Source: Hydrolagus affinis
Taxonomy: Eukaryota
Direction of reading: 5' to 3'
NCBI GenBank assembly: GCA_012026655.1
Contig: JAAILG010000333.1
Span: 1-64,000, forward strand
DNA length: 64,000 nt
The notes below the pieces were generated by a model. That model was given only the letters and a program-made list of their open reading frames with translations, did no database searches and had not been told where the DNA came from. Every line of letters starts with the position of its first letter. Within the stretch, counting starts at the first letter, position 1. Of the stretch, positions 52,168 to 64,000 are shown one piece after another. Both the position numbers and the translations under genes were made by a program.

Positions 52168-53347
52168 AGATGGTGGGAGATAGAGGCTACAGTCTGATCT
52201 GATGGGATCAGCCACCGTTCTCCTATTTATTCTCAGACTTCACCTGAGCCCAGTGATGCTTTTGTTCCATACGCTAAGGGTTCAATGTGGATCTTAGAAC
52301 AACACAATTATATTTTACAAAAAAAAAACAATAATAATTTGGTCACTCAATCCGTTTGTGGGACACTGCCGTGCGCAATTGGCTGCCATGTTTTGCCCAG
52401 TATATTCTGTGAAGCACTATATGAAATGCAAGGATTATTATCATTTGTAGAGCGTCTTTCCCGTCGGGAGCCTGTCCTAAGGAGCGGAAACAAAATTCCT
52501 ACATTCTCTGGCTTTATCTGAAACCAGCAACCGATTATTTTAATCATGTATTTAGGGTTTTCACAGGAGGACAACTTTAAATTAGGTTGTTGTAACGTAT
52601 AATTCGAACATTATTAATTGGTTTCGATTTTACGGGCTTATTTAGTTTAAGGGGTTACACATTGCTGCATGAAGTTTCTACTTACTTTGCAGTTCTTCAT
52701 TCAGTTGCCGTGGGAGCACAGAGTAGTTTGCTAGTCGTAACCCACTGCGTTTTATTATAAACTGCGAAAGTGCCCCTTTTCTCTTCAATCTTAATGCAAC
52801 TCTGAGCCTCAGCCTCAGACTTTCACTGATAAGGTTCAGATCAATATTGCCACCTTAAGGTAACATTCTGTTACAGCAGCACCGCTGACTCACAGCACTC
52901 AAAAAAATCATTCAAATGTCTGATTTTGTTGCTTTCAAAGGAGTATCATTGATCCATGAGGTTATTAAGCTGAGCATCTTAACTTCTATTTAACAAGGAT
53001 CTGCATCATTTGTATGACGAAAGTATCATTCGCACGGCGTGTTAGTGCTGTTGCTTGTAACCTTCAGAAGGAAGAGAAAAGGCTCGACCTAACTAAGTGG
53101 AGAGCTACGTTTTGGCACGGGGGATGCAGACAAACAAACACCAAATGGTATTCATTTAAACTGGATTTGAAGGGTCTCTGAGACTGAGGCTTGTGGCTGA
53201 TCGAGGGTTGATGTGAGAGGTTGCAATTCCGAGGGAAATGGGAAAAGAAAATATACCGATGTGTATCAAAGAGGGGGAAGGAATGCTTTGAAAGATAAGC
53301 TCAAGTATTTTGAGATGAACTCCAGGAGCATCAGCAAACAACTTTCA

Positions 53348-53359
53348 GAGTGAGAGAGA

Positions 53360-53393
<34 letters not shown>
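53348..53393. repeat. (GA)n microsatellite
   Basis: gagtgagagagagtgtgagagagaga... Confidence 0.9.
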
Positions 53394-53395
<2 letters not shown>

Positions 53396-53600
53396 TACAG
53401 ACAGCGAAATGATTGTGATTTCCAATATCACAGAACCAAGGCTGAAAATGGTCATGGGATGGAGGAGTAAACTATTTCACAAAAAATTAACACGTGAAAC
53501 TGGCACCATGTGTAAGAGACGATATAGCACTTGTTGAGATGACAATAAACACTGGCAGATATGGCTGAAGAAATGTCGGTAGAATTTATAATAATATATA

Positions 53601-53922
53601 ATAATAATAATCCTTGCATTTGATATAGCACTTTTCACATCTTCTAGACGTCTCAAAGCGCTGCACAGAACAAACACACTGTAAAGTGAATCGACCGCAT
53701 AGCTGTGGGCGAAACGCGGCAGCCAATTGCACACAGCAGCGTCCGACAAACAGTCATGGATTGAAATGACCAATTTATTACAGGTTTAGTTTTGGAGGGA
53801 TTATTATCAGGCGTGTGGAGTAAGGAATACTTGCCCAAGGTTTCGCCCTGACCTGCCTGGATTCGAAACACAGGTCTCACGCTTGTAAGGCAAGTGCTCT
53901 AACCACTGAGCTACAGTTCTCC
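53601..53922 (-). mobile_element. Full-length SINE, 5-nt-insertion subfamily
   Basis: gccctgacctgcctggattcgaaacacaggtctcacgcttgtaaggcaagtgc. Confidence 0.93.
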
Positions 53923-54059
53923 AATTTAGAAATGATACGGGACAAAGAAAGGGCAGTAAATAGCAACTGCGACCGGCCTGCGCCAAAGCTGAACAAGTGG
54001 CAAGAGAGAGATGTGAGAGAAGCAAATAAAATAAGCTCCAGGAAACCATTTACGCCACC

Positions 54060-54340
54060 ATCAACTGGGATTTCAATTTCTCAGAAGTAAAGTGGTCAGA
54101 GCAGAGAGAACCAGGAGGGAGGGAGGAACAAGACATACCCAGAAATAATCGCTCGCTGTTTCTTGACGCATGGGAGACAGATTATGAAGGCAGATGGTGT
54201 CTGAGATACTGTGTTTAGCAATTCAGCAGAACTGGTCGGTAACTTGGATGTTGAGTGAAAACTTGGATTCCGGCGATCAATGTGAAGTTAGATTTGATAC
54301 CGTATTAAAGGCCCAGACCGAAGCTAATAACGCAGGTGCG
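54060..54340 (+). mobile_element. Degraded CR1-type LINE ORF2 apurinic-endonuclease fragment
   Basis: Pieces translate as DFNFSEVKW (cf. GDFNxPxIxW), DTVFSN (cf. DLVLSN) and ENLDSGDQCEVRFD (cf. LGxSDHxxVxF). Confidence 0.6.
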
Positions 54341-54963
54341 ACAGGTGACAGGTAAACTTTGCAGCTTTGATAAAAAAATAAGCTTGAGTAGGGATTAAAT
54401 TAGGAAAATAAAATAGGAAAATAGAATCCTTTCCAAAAGCCTGAATGGAAAGAAAATAGGAGGTAAAGAGGAAACTCACAAGATTTCAATAGATGAAGTA
54501 CATTGTGCAAACAAGACAGTCTCGACAGCCTGACTGTGACATGAATGTCCCAAAGCTTGAGTTACCCCTGGGGTTTGCATATTAATTAAAAGCAACACCA
54601 AAATTACATTTCTATAGTGCCTTCCCCACGTCGGGAGGACTAAGCTTGATTTATGCATCCAATCAATACTGTACAAAAAGCCCTGAGTAAACATTAGCAC
54701 TAAACAACAACAACAACAAAATTACATTTGTGTAGCGTCTTTCATGTTGGGAGGACGTCCCAACAACAATGACTTGCATTTATATTAGCGCCCTCCATGC
54801 CGGCCTGCATGCCAACACTGAGTTCCCCACTTAGTTCAGTCTAATATACAACACGGCAGTTCACGACGCTCGCTTTAAAAATAAAATCCGATAGAAATCC
54901 TTCATTTCAATTTCAATCTCAGTTCTGCTTTCAATTCCACTTCTGCCTTTTGCTTTACCGCAG

Positions 54964-55093
54964 TCCATTTGATTCTGACGAACTCTCTGTGATGTCTGGT
55001 TCAGTCAACAAGTACTCAGTGTCCAGCAGAAAAAGTTCTTTGTATAACTGGACACCTCCGAGCACTCCCAGCTTCAGGGACAAGTATTTCCCG
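54964..55093 (+). CDS. RIPOR3: RIPOR3 coding exon 11: (N)PFDSDELSVMSGSVNKYSVSSRKSSLYNWTPPSTPSFRDKYFP
   Basis: ccgcag acceptor and ccg|gtgagt donor; RIPOR3-type SLYNWTPPSTPSFR. Confidence 0.95.
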
Positions 55094-55344
55094 GTGAGTA
55101 TTTCAAAGTGGATAGATTGTACTACTGTGTGTGGCTATGAAGTTGGTCAGGCCAAGGAAATGATACCAAATGATAGTTAACGCCAACGTGAAATAGCTGC
55201 CAGGTGTTGCGTGTTATATATATAGGGATGTGCCATTTGGCTATAAAATTCTCTGCACTTAAATGTTTTGTTATTGGACGGAAGAATACATTTATCTGAG
55301 CACTTGTGCGTAGAATTGCCCTAATGTTCCATTCTGTTACCCAG

Positions 55345-55974
55345 CAATACTTTGGACAAGAGGACACACTGCCTCCATTACACCAGGACGCAAAGGGAAC
55401 ATCCATCTTTAACTACTTGGGAAATGGAAACCAAAATGCACACTTGTCATCTGTCCCCGAGAACGAGAAGTGCCACAGTTACACAAATGTGGAGATGGAA
55501 GAAAAAAGTTGTTGCGTTGGAGGTTCTGCAGGAGTTCAGAGGTTGTCCAGTGAATTATCTGGTGGTGCACAAGAGGATATCCTTTCAGTACAACCTACCA
55601 ACTCACCACAGACACTGCAACCCGATTCACCAAATCAAAAACAATTACAGATGGATTGGACGCCTGGCCTGGCGGAATCTGTTTTGCATGTGGGACCACA
55701 ACCCAGCCAACAGCTGTCTAGGGGCAAGCCTCCTGAACTGAGTTCGCTCGACCACATCAAAACACATACTCTAAATCAACTGACTCCCACCCATTCCAGC
55801 ACACGCGGAAATGTAACCCATGTGCCTCCTGAGAAGAATACGAGGGCAGATTTAATCTCAGTTAACATTGGAGCAATATTGCAGGATTTACTGACGGATC
55901 TAAGGACTGTGCAAATAAGCTATAAGGAACTCAAGAGACTGGAACAACAGTTCCTACACTTTAGGAACAGTCTG
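55345..55974 (+). CDS. RIPOR3: RIPOR3 coding exon 12 (630 nt, central variable region): QYFGQEDTL...KGTSIFNYL...LQDLLTDLRTVQISYKELKRLEQQFLHFRNSL
   Basis: Lies in the 231-aa ORF; cccag acceptor and ctg|gtaggt donor; both ends resemble human RATSILSYL and LRELEYQVLGFRDRL. Confidence 0.88.
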
Positions 55975-56289
55975 GTAGGTATATTCAGAGATACAGCATG
56001 ATACTGTGGTGGGAAGATGGCAAAATTGGTATGGTGTACGTACGCATTAGGTCAAATTGGCCTTCCTCACCCTCTGGTCATCAGGGACTCAATTGGGTTC
56101 AATTGGTTTCCAAAATACCCTAAGTTGTCTCTTCTCTGATCAGCTGTCTCCTGGTTTTCCACGCATTCCATTGCCAGGAGGCAAAGCTTCACCTGGCCGT
56201 ACTTGGGCTGTGAGGCGACTAACTGAATTGTAAATTTAGAATGATCATTTTCACGTTAAGTATCTTTTCCAAAACCTTGCTTTCAACAG

Positions 56290-56429
56290 AAAGAATCATC
56301 CATCAGCAGAAGTGAATCCACAGTCAGTCTCAGTGTTGAAACCGCCTTGGAAAGCTTTGACTTTCTAAATGTGGATATAAGTGAAGATACCCTCTCCTAT
56401 TTTGGGAGTGTGCGGATAAAGGATGAAAG
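56290..56429 (+). CDS. RIPOR3: RIPOR3 coding exon 13: KESSISRSESTVSLSVETALESFDFLNVDISEDTLSYFGSVRIKDE(R)
   Basis: tttcaacag acceptor and ag|gtacac donor; LESFDFLN motif. Confidence 0.93.
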
Positions 56430-56686
56430 GTACACGACTAAGAGCAGCTAATCTACATTACACACACACAAACACCTGGGGTTTAACGTTGCTGATAGTG
56501 CTGCATATAGAAATGTACCTAGAATAACAGAGGACAGGCTAAAAGGCATCAGATTCCTCCGTGATTTCGTGGTTGAGTGTTAAATCTCTGTTCACGTTTG
56601 TGGCAATAGCTGAGGTGATAGACTCAAGATGATCAGTGTATGTGATCTTCTGTCTGCTCGACTGATCTTTTGTTTCCATTTAACAG

Positions 56687-56849
56687 GAACAGCACTCACA
56701 CCAAACCCAACCTTTGTCATCACGACTTGTCAAGTAAGAATGGAGATTCAGGAACGAAACGCAAGCAACCACTTGCCCTGACATCAGAAAACCACTATCT
56801 CGATCAAACCCTCTTAACCCACCTGCAGATGTGCAGGTGGCTTCTGCAG
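56687..56849 (+). CDS. RIPOR3: RIPOR3 coding exon 14: NSTHTKPNL...LTSENHYLDQTLLTHLQMCRWLLQ
   Basis: tttaacag acceptor and cag|gtaaag donor; LDxxLxxHLQxCxxLLQ motif. Confidence 0.92.
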
Positions 56850-57027
56850 GTAAAGGAGCACAGACGACTGCAACAACCATCTCCCTCCTTTTCATTTCAT
56901 GCAAAGCAATCTGCGTTTCAATCTCCGCTTGCGTTTGTTTGCCCGCAAACACAGTCAGTACATCACAGGGCAACCTGTGAAAAGCGCTTTCAGACAGTCT
57001 CCTGATGTGAAAGGTGCGAAACCAAAT

Positions 57028-57180
57028 ATCATAGAATCATAGAATTTTTCAGCACAAAAGGAGGCCATTCGGCCCATCAAGTCTGCGCCGGCTCTTTGAA
57101 AAGAGCTATTGAGTCAATCCCACTCCCCGGCTCTCACCCTATAACGTTGAAAATCTGTCCTCCCCAAATAACCATCCAAT
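57028..57180 (-). mobile_element. CR1-type LINE 3' end
   Basis: catagaatcatagaat terminal octamer repeats followed by ggaggccattcggcccatc...ctctttgaaaagagcta. Confidence 0.85.
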
Positions 57181-57800
57181 ATAAGGATTATTATTATCAT
57201 CATCACGATACACACTTTTCCCCATACCCTTTAATATTATTTTTCCTCACTCAGTTTTATCCAATTCTCTACTTTAAACAGTAACCAATTCTCTTTTAAA
57301 CAGTAACCTTTCATCCCTTGCATTTGATATAATCGTTTTCAGCCATTCATTCTCAGAAAAGGAATCAGTTGAATAATAAGGAAGACAATAACTCCACTAC
57401 TGAAAATCCCCTTGTTTCCCACAAAACAGAAATCAGGAAAGATTGTTACTCAATAAGGTATAGATTTAAAAAGGGTTTGATTTTGACTTTAAAATGTATT
57501 CCATTGCAATCCAATTCCCTGCTGTTTCCCCTTGCCCTTTTATATCCCTTTCTCTTCCATTGATTGCCTAATTCGTTTTTAAATGTTAGAAGTCTCAGGT
57601 TCAATGACTGTTTTACACAAGTTAATTGATTTTTGTTTCACTCGGCAGCTAATTCAACTTCATACGTGCAAAGCACATTTTATTTTCTGTTCAACTCGCA
57701 TGTTCTTATCACTCATATTTATGTTGATCACATCCTGTAAGGGTCGTGGTAACCTAGCAGCAAGGATCTGGAAATAATAATCATTTTATTTATGTTGCAG

Positions 57801-57936
57801 AGATTTACATCAATTGGCTCCATAGCCATCCTACAGAATAGTATTTTGGAGGAGCTCTCACAGCAGATTCTAGTGTTGGATACTCTAGCTATAATCTATC
57901 ATAAGAAGACTGGGAATGTCAGAACAGTGGAGGAGG
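57801..57936 (+). CDS. RIPOR3: RIPOR3 coding exon 15: RFTSIGSIAILQNSILEELSQQILVLDTLAIIYHKKTGNVRTVEE
   Basis: gttgcag acceptor and g|gtttgt donor; matches LLEEVAQQKHVLETL...SIEE. Confidence 0.9.
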
Positions 57937-58234
57937 GTTTGTATAAACTATTGTACTCACCTACGCTGTTTCTCTATAACACTACCTTTCTGACCTTTAC
58001 CAGAATGGATTTATCAGAAGTTCCTATTGAATTAGGTATCATAGACAATGGTTTGTTATCAAAACTTTGCCTTGATGGCTGCAATACTGAACTAACAGAG
58101 AGGCAATGTTATCAGGCTTGCAAAGCACGAGTGGAGTTTCAAAAATAATTTTTTTTTAAGTAAACAGTAATATATTCCCTCATTGTTTATGATTCACACC
58201 TTCTTTGATTTATTCTCGGGTAGTGAGGAAGGAG

Positions 58235-58570
58235 GTAGTGAAAAAAGCACAGTTGAATAGTCTTGAGATGACTTTTGAAGGCAGAGATGGAAGAGTCAAG
58301 GTGGAATGACTCTGGGATGCAGAAGGGGAGAATGAGGCAGAGTCTCTGAAGGTTTGCCCAGCAGTGGGCAGGCAATGTGAAGCAGTAGCCAGTGTTTGCT
58401 GAGCGGAGGGAGGTCACAGAGATGATGGCACTGAAAGCATTTGAAAGTGAGAACAAGAATCCTGAATTTGATCTAGTGGAGGATGCGGAGCCAGTGGAGC
58501 TGAGCGAGGATGTGTGAAGTGACTGCAGAGAGACAATTGGGAGACAATATAGGCTCCAGAATTCTGGGGA
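58235..58570 (-). mobile_element. L2-type LINE ORF2 C-terminal fragment
   Basis: Minus translation IPESFHLDSSISAFKSHLKT matches the L2 C-terminal motif. Confidence 0.7.
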
Positions 58571-59250
58571 GTCCAGTTGATGGACATTGACACTCAAAAT
58601 GGGTCATCGTCAGTTGGCTCGCGATTCAGCATCGTTAGTTGGTTTGCCTTTCAATAAATCCTGTTGTAAGTGAACACAATTTGAAATCACTCAATGCCAG
58701 GATTGAATTTTGATTTATTATTAAATGGCAAATACATTTTAAATGAAATACTTGGTGCTTTTGAAGAAATTTTAAAATTGATTGTCTGGTGTAAGTCCTG
58801 ACTTATTGGGTCACATTCTATTCCTCCCGTCAACCCTCCCGCCCCCCACCCCCCACCCCATAGAAACACATTCCACATCAATTGGAGGCACCGATTACCA
58901 ACCATTGCTGGTTATGTACACAGCACCAGTCATCTAATACTTTATCTGGGTATCACTCACCACTACAGATTGGAATTGAAAGGGGAAAATAATATCTGAT
59001 CTCTACTCTTTCAGACAAGCTGGCTCTGTTTGTCACTTCAGCTGCACACAAATCCAGCCTCTGGTCGACATAAAATAAATGTTCATTTGAAAATAAAATA
59101 GTCCCAGTACAATCCAATGCCAACCATCACAAGTCATATCGCTACAGTTTTATCACATAGGAAGGAAGTGAGCGGAGACAATAAAACTCATGTCAGAGTT
59201 ATTTCCAACAGGAATGATGTGTATTTTAATGCTGGCATTTCCTCTTTCAG

Positions 59251-59412
59251 TCATTCCGAAGGCACAGAAGGTAAAATTACTCTCTTCGTTCTGGAGGAAA
59301 TGTTCAGGGACAGAAAGTGTTCTGTATTCGTCAGCTGAGAGGTTTCTCACACAACTAAGGAACTATTATACACAGAAGGTGAATGCAAAATGCCTAGGAC
59401 TGTCAGAGAGAG
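59251..59412 (+). CDS. RIPOR3: RIPOR3 coding exon 16: (V)IPKAQKVKLLSSFWRKCSGTESVLYSSAERFLTQLRNYYTQKVNAKCLGLSER
   Basis: ctctttcag acceptor and g|gtatgt donor; phase 1 on both sides. Confidence 0.92.
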
Positions 59413-60126
59413 GTATGTATATGATATGCAGTACTTAAGTACTATCTCGAACAATGATCATATGTATTCCGTGCTCGGCGCTTAACGGAACAGAAGGTAA
59501 TATAAAGCGTTTGTGCGTGGACGGTCAAAGGGCGTTTAAGTTCGAGATGCTGACTCATGTGAAATAGTTGTGGAGCATCGGTTCCCATGGGTCAACGACA
59601 TGGATTTCCAGTTACCAGAATGAATTCCCACTCAGATTGCTTTTGAAGGAATCCCATTGGAAATTGCAGCCGATCAGATCTAAACAACTCCTCAAGCAAA
59701 TGGAAACCGTAAACCAATGTTTGTTGTTTTCTTCTTAAAACCCACAGTGGACGCAAAGTTTTAACCCTTCACATCATTCAGCTCATTTTCCACTAGTGGG
59801 TGGCCCATGGGGGTGGGTGAGAGACAGAGAGAGACAGAGAGAGTACAATGCAGTATTTACATGATATCTATTGTGGTCTGCTGCAAACGGGCATCTGTAA
59901 TGTAACAGTATTCACCTGTGTTCTCCTGGTGGCAGTGTGGAGTAGATCACAAAAATGGTAGCCAAAAATAGCCAGCATTTTTACACACAACAGGAGCCCA
60001 GTTTAAGGAAACTCCCAAGCATGAGCTCCTGCCAAATGTGTCTTTATTGACTCAACAAAGTGGAGCTGACATTTCCAGGTTAAGTATTAAAGAAAAGCCA
60101 TGGGATTTTTAATATATATATATATG

Positions 60127-60407
60127 TGGTCAGAGCACTTGCCTTGCAAGCGTGAGACCTGTGTTACGATTCCCACCAGGGTGAAACCTTGGACAAGTTT
60201 CTTATCTCCACAGGCCCGATAATAATCCCTCATGAAGAAAAACAATAATAAATTGGTCACTTCAATCCACGACTGTTTGTGCTGCCACGTTCCACCCATA
60301 AATTTACAGTGAATTCCCTCTACAGTACATTCTGTGAAGTGCTTTGAGACGTTTAGAAGAATGAAAAGCGCTACATCAAATACAAGGATTATTACTATTA
60401 TTACTAT
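60127..60407 (+). mobile_element. Near-full SINE ending about 60 nt upstream of exon 17
   Basis: gtggtcagagcacttgccttgcaagcgtgagacctgtgtt...aaggattattactattatt. Confidence 0.9.
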
Positions 60408-60468
60408 GTTTCAAAAATCTTTGGTATTTAAGCATTTTTGACGAGAGAAATGTGTGTTTTTCGTTAAG

Positions 60469-60627
60469 TATTCAGAACACTTCTGCACCAGATTGTGGGG
60501 TGCTGTGGATTCCTGCTCTCTGCCAGCCTCTCCGAGGAAGTGCTGACGATCTTCCAGTTTTTCCACTACGTGAAAACGCACAGCATTACTGACCTGGGCA
60601 CACATCTAATGAAACTCACAAAGGAAG
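60469..60627 (+). CDS. RIPOR3: RIPOR3 coding exon 17: (V)FRTLLHQIVGCCGFLLSASLSEEVLTIFQFFHYVKTHSITDLGTHLMKLTKE
   Basis: In-frame acceptor is ttaag; g|gtagga donor; TxFQFxxY...DL..H...LTKE motif. Confidence 0.9.
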
Positions 60628-61762
60628 GTAGGAGGAAAATGTTCTTCGCCTCAACTAGAGCTCAAAATGTCTACTCATTGATTTGAGTGAGCGCCTGGAA
60701 GCCAATGCATTTCCACTTGAACAATGACCCCATTCACATATAGATTTGCAGTTGGATTTTCTCCAAGTTGTAAATTGATCACATTTCAATGGGCGAAGGT
60801 GAAAGCACAAACATACCAACCACAGATTAAATATTTTTCAAACCATTTGTAAGTATATAGGACTATCTTTCTTCTGCCTCCTTCCATCTCTTGAATATTT
60901 GTCACTTAAACCAAAAAAGCGATTCGCTTTTTAGTCAGAGCTTCATTTGTTATCCGTGTGCAGATCTCCCTGTGTATTCCCGTCAGGGCTTCATGTATCA
61001 CAAAATGCACCCATAGTGACATCTGAGCATATAGAATTGTCAGGACAGACCCAAGACGCACTTAAAACTGAACCATAAACAACACAGACCGTACCATTGT
61101 GGAAGGTGAAAAGGTTTGGTAAGCCTCAGCAATATGTTTTATGCCCAGTTGAGTATATATATATATATGAAGATTTACGCACAATGCTAATTTACAGAAC
61201 AGTGCAAATATTTTTCCGTAATGAGAAACTGCAAAATAAAATTGTCTTTAATTTTTTTTTAAAACTGCATATAAATAACTACTGTTTAGCATTTTAAATG
61301 TAAAGATGAATACACAAAGTTGATTCATAAGCAGCATTTACAAAGGATACTGATAATATCATCTCAGAAGTCTTAAGGCACTTCACAGGATATACTGTAA
61401 AGTGTTATGACTTTTTTGGAGCAAAGGATATTTGAATTCAAACTAATGCAGAGAGTAAAGCAATTTACTGTATACACTCATAGGAGACTGTTTAGAATAA
61501 CCACAGAAGTGGAAGAAAGAAATCTTTTTGTGGATTAACACACACACAGACCATACACACACTGTACTGGCACTTTTCAACAATACACCTTCTCTTTCAG
61601 CGTTGAATTTAATGGGTGAGGCTTTCCTTTTAACTCACTCTTTGCCCTATGTCAATAATTTCCTCTTCACCTGTGCTGCTGTTCACACGTTCATTACATG
61701 CGTTTGTTTATTCGTTCTTATTTTAAAATCCATTTGCATGCATTTATCCAGTTTATGCACTA

Positions 61763-62057
61763 TCCTGTAGCTCAGTGGTTAGAGCACTTGCCTTACAAGT
61801 GAGTGACCTGGGTTCAATTCCAAGCAAGATGAAACCATGGCCAAGTTTCCTTACCCCACATGCCTAATAATAGTTCCTCAAAAAAAACAATAATACTGTA
61901 ATTTGGTCATTTCAATCCATGACTGGTTGTAGGACACTGCTGTGTGCAATTGGCAGCCATGTTTCGCCCACAAATATACAATGCAGTATATTGTGTGAAG
62001 CGCTTTGAGACGTCTAGAAGATGTGAAAAGTGCTGTTTCAAAATGCAAGGATTATTA
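61763..62057 (+). mobile_element. Full-length SINE
   Basis: tcctgtagctcagtggttagagcacttgccttacaagtgagtgacctgggttcaattcc...aaggattatta. Confidence 0.92.
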
Positions 62058-62475
62058 CTCAAAATTCCTTGGTCATTCTAGCAAAATGGTTCAGATCTTC
62101 CTGAATGTTACTCGTCCTCCTCATATCAATCACTTGGCACTGTCAGCAATATGTTTAAGTAACATTAACAAGAAATCTCGTTTCTAAGCATCCTTCCCAT
62201 AAACTAGTGATTTTTAAAATCGCATTCACGAATGTCACTTCCGCTGATCCTGGTGATTATGAAAGTCGATGCAAAGTTTCATACATAAATAACTAGTAAG
62301 TGAGATTGGGTTTCCACTTTGATAGATAAATGAAATGAAGAGAACATTTTTATATGCGGAAAGGTGAATCATTTTTTGACAACATCATTTGGATTACTGA
62401 GCAGGAATGCACAATAATCAGCTGAATTATTTAAGGCTTTGCACGCCAACTGTCCGTACCATTCATTCTTTTCAG

Positions 62476-62678
62476 TATCTCTCGCTGAAGCACTGCAAAC
62501 CACACAGAGGGTTAAGACACTGAAAAAGTTAAAAGGAAAGCACATCACCGAGTTTCAGCCTCTGCACCAAACGCTGGAGTCGATCAGTGTCCTTCAGTTG
62601 GACGAGAACCCCAAGGTCACTCAAGCTGCCATATCATTTCTTTCTAACGCCTCAGTGCATAGGCATTTTCGAGACAAG
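62476..62678 (+). CDS. RIPOR3: RIPOR3 coding exon 18: (V)SLAEALQTTQRVKTLKKLKGKHITEFQPLHQTLESISVLQLDENPKV...HFRDK
   Basis: cttttcag acceptor and aag|gtacgc donor; QPLxQTL...LQLD..P.V motif. Confidence 0.94.
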
Positions 62679-62882
62679 GTACGCATTTTAGCATTCCTAT
62701 CATGTGAACAAGTAAGAATTTCAATGGACATTTAAAAAAAAAAGCGCCTTCGTCTCAGTTGTGAATGGTGCAAACCAACCAAGTGGAACTATACAACTCC
62801 TCGTTTGCCAGGCTAAGTTCCCGGTTGAACGGTTCACAACCGACTGACTGAACTTTGCTGAAAATCCATTATTTCTCTCCAG

Positions 62883-62966
62883 GCTTTGGCCCACTACACA
62901 GATGCTTTGCAAGATAAAGATTTACACATTCAGAAAGGTGCCTGCCTGGCTCTGAAACATCTGAAG
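62883..62966 (+). CDS. RIPOR3: RIPOR3 coding exon 19: ALAHYTDALQDKDLHIQKGACLALKHLK
   Basis: tctctccag acceptor and aag|gtaagc donor; ACLALKHLK (C-terminal HEAT/ARM-like region). Confidence 0.95.
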
Positions 62967-63237
62967 GTAAGCCGCCCCTTTCCACATGTGTACCATGTTG
63001 CTGCTCCTGTTGCGCTCTGTGCAATTGGGCAGCTGAGTTTGCCTACAAATATATCGAATGCAGGGATTATTATTATTATTGTTAAATATACCGTCAGTAA
63101 ATCCTGTGATGGGCTTCCTTGGGTGTTCCCCTGATGGGAAACCAGCTATACCCAAGGATTATTATTACTGTGTTAACTGGAACACAAAACAATCGTATTT
63201 ATTTGTTCACTTTAAAAATATCAAGCAACAATTGTGT

Positions 63238-63500
63238 TCCTTGGGCAAGTTTCCTTACTCCACAAGCCTAATAATAATAATCCCTCCAAAAAAAACACAA
63301 AAAAATAAAATTGGTCATTTCAAACCACGACTGTTTGTGAGGACCCTGATGTGTGCAATCGGCTGCCGCGTTTCGCCCACAAATATACAGTCACTTTACA
63401 GTATATTCTGTGAATATACAGATTCACTTTACAGTATAGTCTGTGAAGCGCTTTGGGACATCTAGAAGCGCCATATCAAATGCAAGGATTATTATTATTT
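63238..63500 (+). mobile_element. Headless SINE with an internal tandem duplication
   Basis: ccttgggcaagtttcc...; tcactttacagtatattctgtgaa occurs twice (63391-63447). Confidence 0.88.
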
Positions 63501-63745
63501 TATTTAACAATTGTGTTCACTTCTCTGACATTTCGTTGTCCCGGCAAAACCAGACTAGTTGCATTCCCATCCTGTCTCTGCCTCATTGTGCTAATAACCT
63601 AAGCTAAACATTTCGCATCAAGCCATGTGTTCGCAAGATGCCATGGTAGCCAAAGATGGACCAATAACACTTTCTTTAAGACTAATAAGCTAGCAGATTG
63701 TAGGACAACTTGACAAGTTCTCGTTTACTTTTTTTTCCCTTCAAG

Positions 63746-63836
63746 GCTGTGGAAAGCATCGAACAGATTGTCAGTCTGTGCCAGTCTGAGGCTGAAGATG
63801 TGAGAGATACTGCAAGAGAAACCGTACTCTCTTTTG
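63746..63836 (+). CDS. RIPOR3: RIPOR3 coding exon 20: AVESIEQIVSLCQSEAEDVRDTARETVLSF(G)
   Basis: Long T tract with tcaag acceptor; g|gtaatg donor; SLCQS...VR..ARETxLSFG motif. Confidence 0.95.
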
Positions 63837-64000
63837 GTAATGTTTCGCTTTCATGTCACCTTTGTAGAGAAATGCTTCTCAATGGCATTAAACCTCCATC
63901 GCAAAATTCTGCGGCGAATTTCTAAGCTTGCAACTTGGTACTGTTAGCTAAAATGCTGGAGTTGGGCTATGTGTAGAGGGTTTCAATTTTAAACAAATGC

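Larger units (their letters stand above)
35872..63836 (+). other. RIPOR3: RIPOR3/FAM65C gene span (Rho-family interacting cell polarization regulator 3); 20 coding exons visible, 3' end beyond the window
   Basis: The spliced translation follows RIPOR3 as I recall it colinearly (MSVKLHFSSP vs human MSVRLRFLSP; SRKSSLYNWTPPSTPSFRDKY vs SRKGSLYNWTPPSTPSFRERY; ACLALKHLK). All introns are GT-AG with matching phases. Paralog assignment rests on recalled sequence, not on a search. Confidence 0.93.

Noticed and set aside
59548-59558. NFE2/ARE-like motif tgctgactcat in a CpG-containing intronic patch
   Set aside because: A single short motif with no functional or conservation evidence.
411-63500. Dispersed repeats as a CRISPR array or prokaryotic defence system
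   Set aside because: The copies are irregularly spaced, in both orientations, about 300 bp long and inside a spliceosomal gene; there are no cas-like ORFs.
1-64000. Recurring short ORFs such as '[18 protein letters not shown]' and '[12 protein letters not shown]' that look like a repeated peptide family
   Set aside because: They are translations of the non-coding SINE body and tail, with inconsistent frames, starts and stops.

Overview
This is vertebrate genomic DNA, most likely from a cartilaginous fish (inferred from the SINE, L2 and CR1 repeat types); it is not prokaryotic. The right half carries a + strand RIPOR3 (FAM65C) gene. I traced 20 coding exons by hand from ATG 35898 to 63836. 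All introns are GT-AG and the phases are consistent, giving 946 codons plus 1 nt; the last exon lies beyond the window. The left 35 kb is upstream/5'-intron or intergenic sequence with no recognisable host protein-coding gene and a 100-N assembly gap at 23258-23357. One tRNA-derived SINE family dominates the window, with roughly 40 full or partial copies by eye. It has a foldable tRNA head, a CORE/Meta-like segment, a Deu-like segment and a 3' tail shared with L2-type LINE ends in the same window, and at least three subfamilies are visible. There are also CR1 and L2 fragments and a TA-flanked palindromic MITE. Most short ORFs in the supplied track are translations of these repeats. I found no convincing novel multi-gene system; the most interesting signals are the SINE architecture and a few uncharacterised elements.
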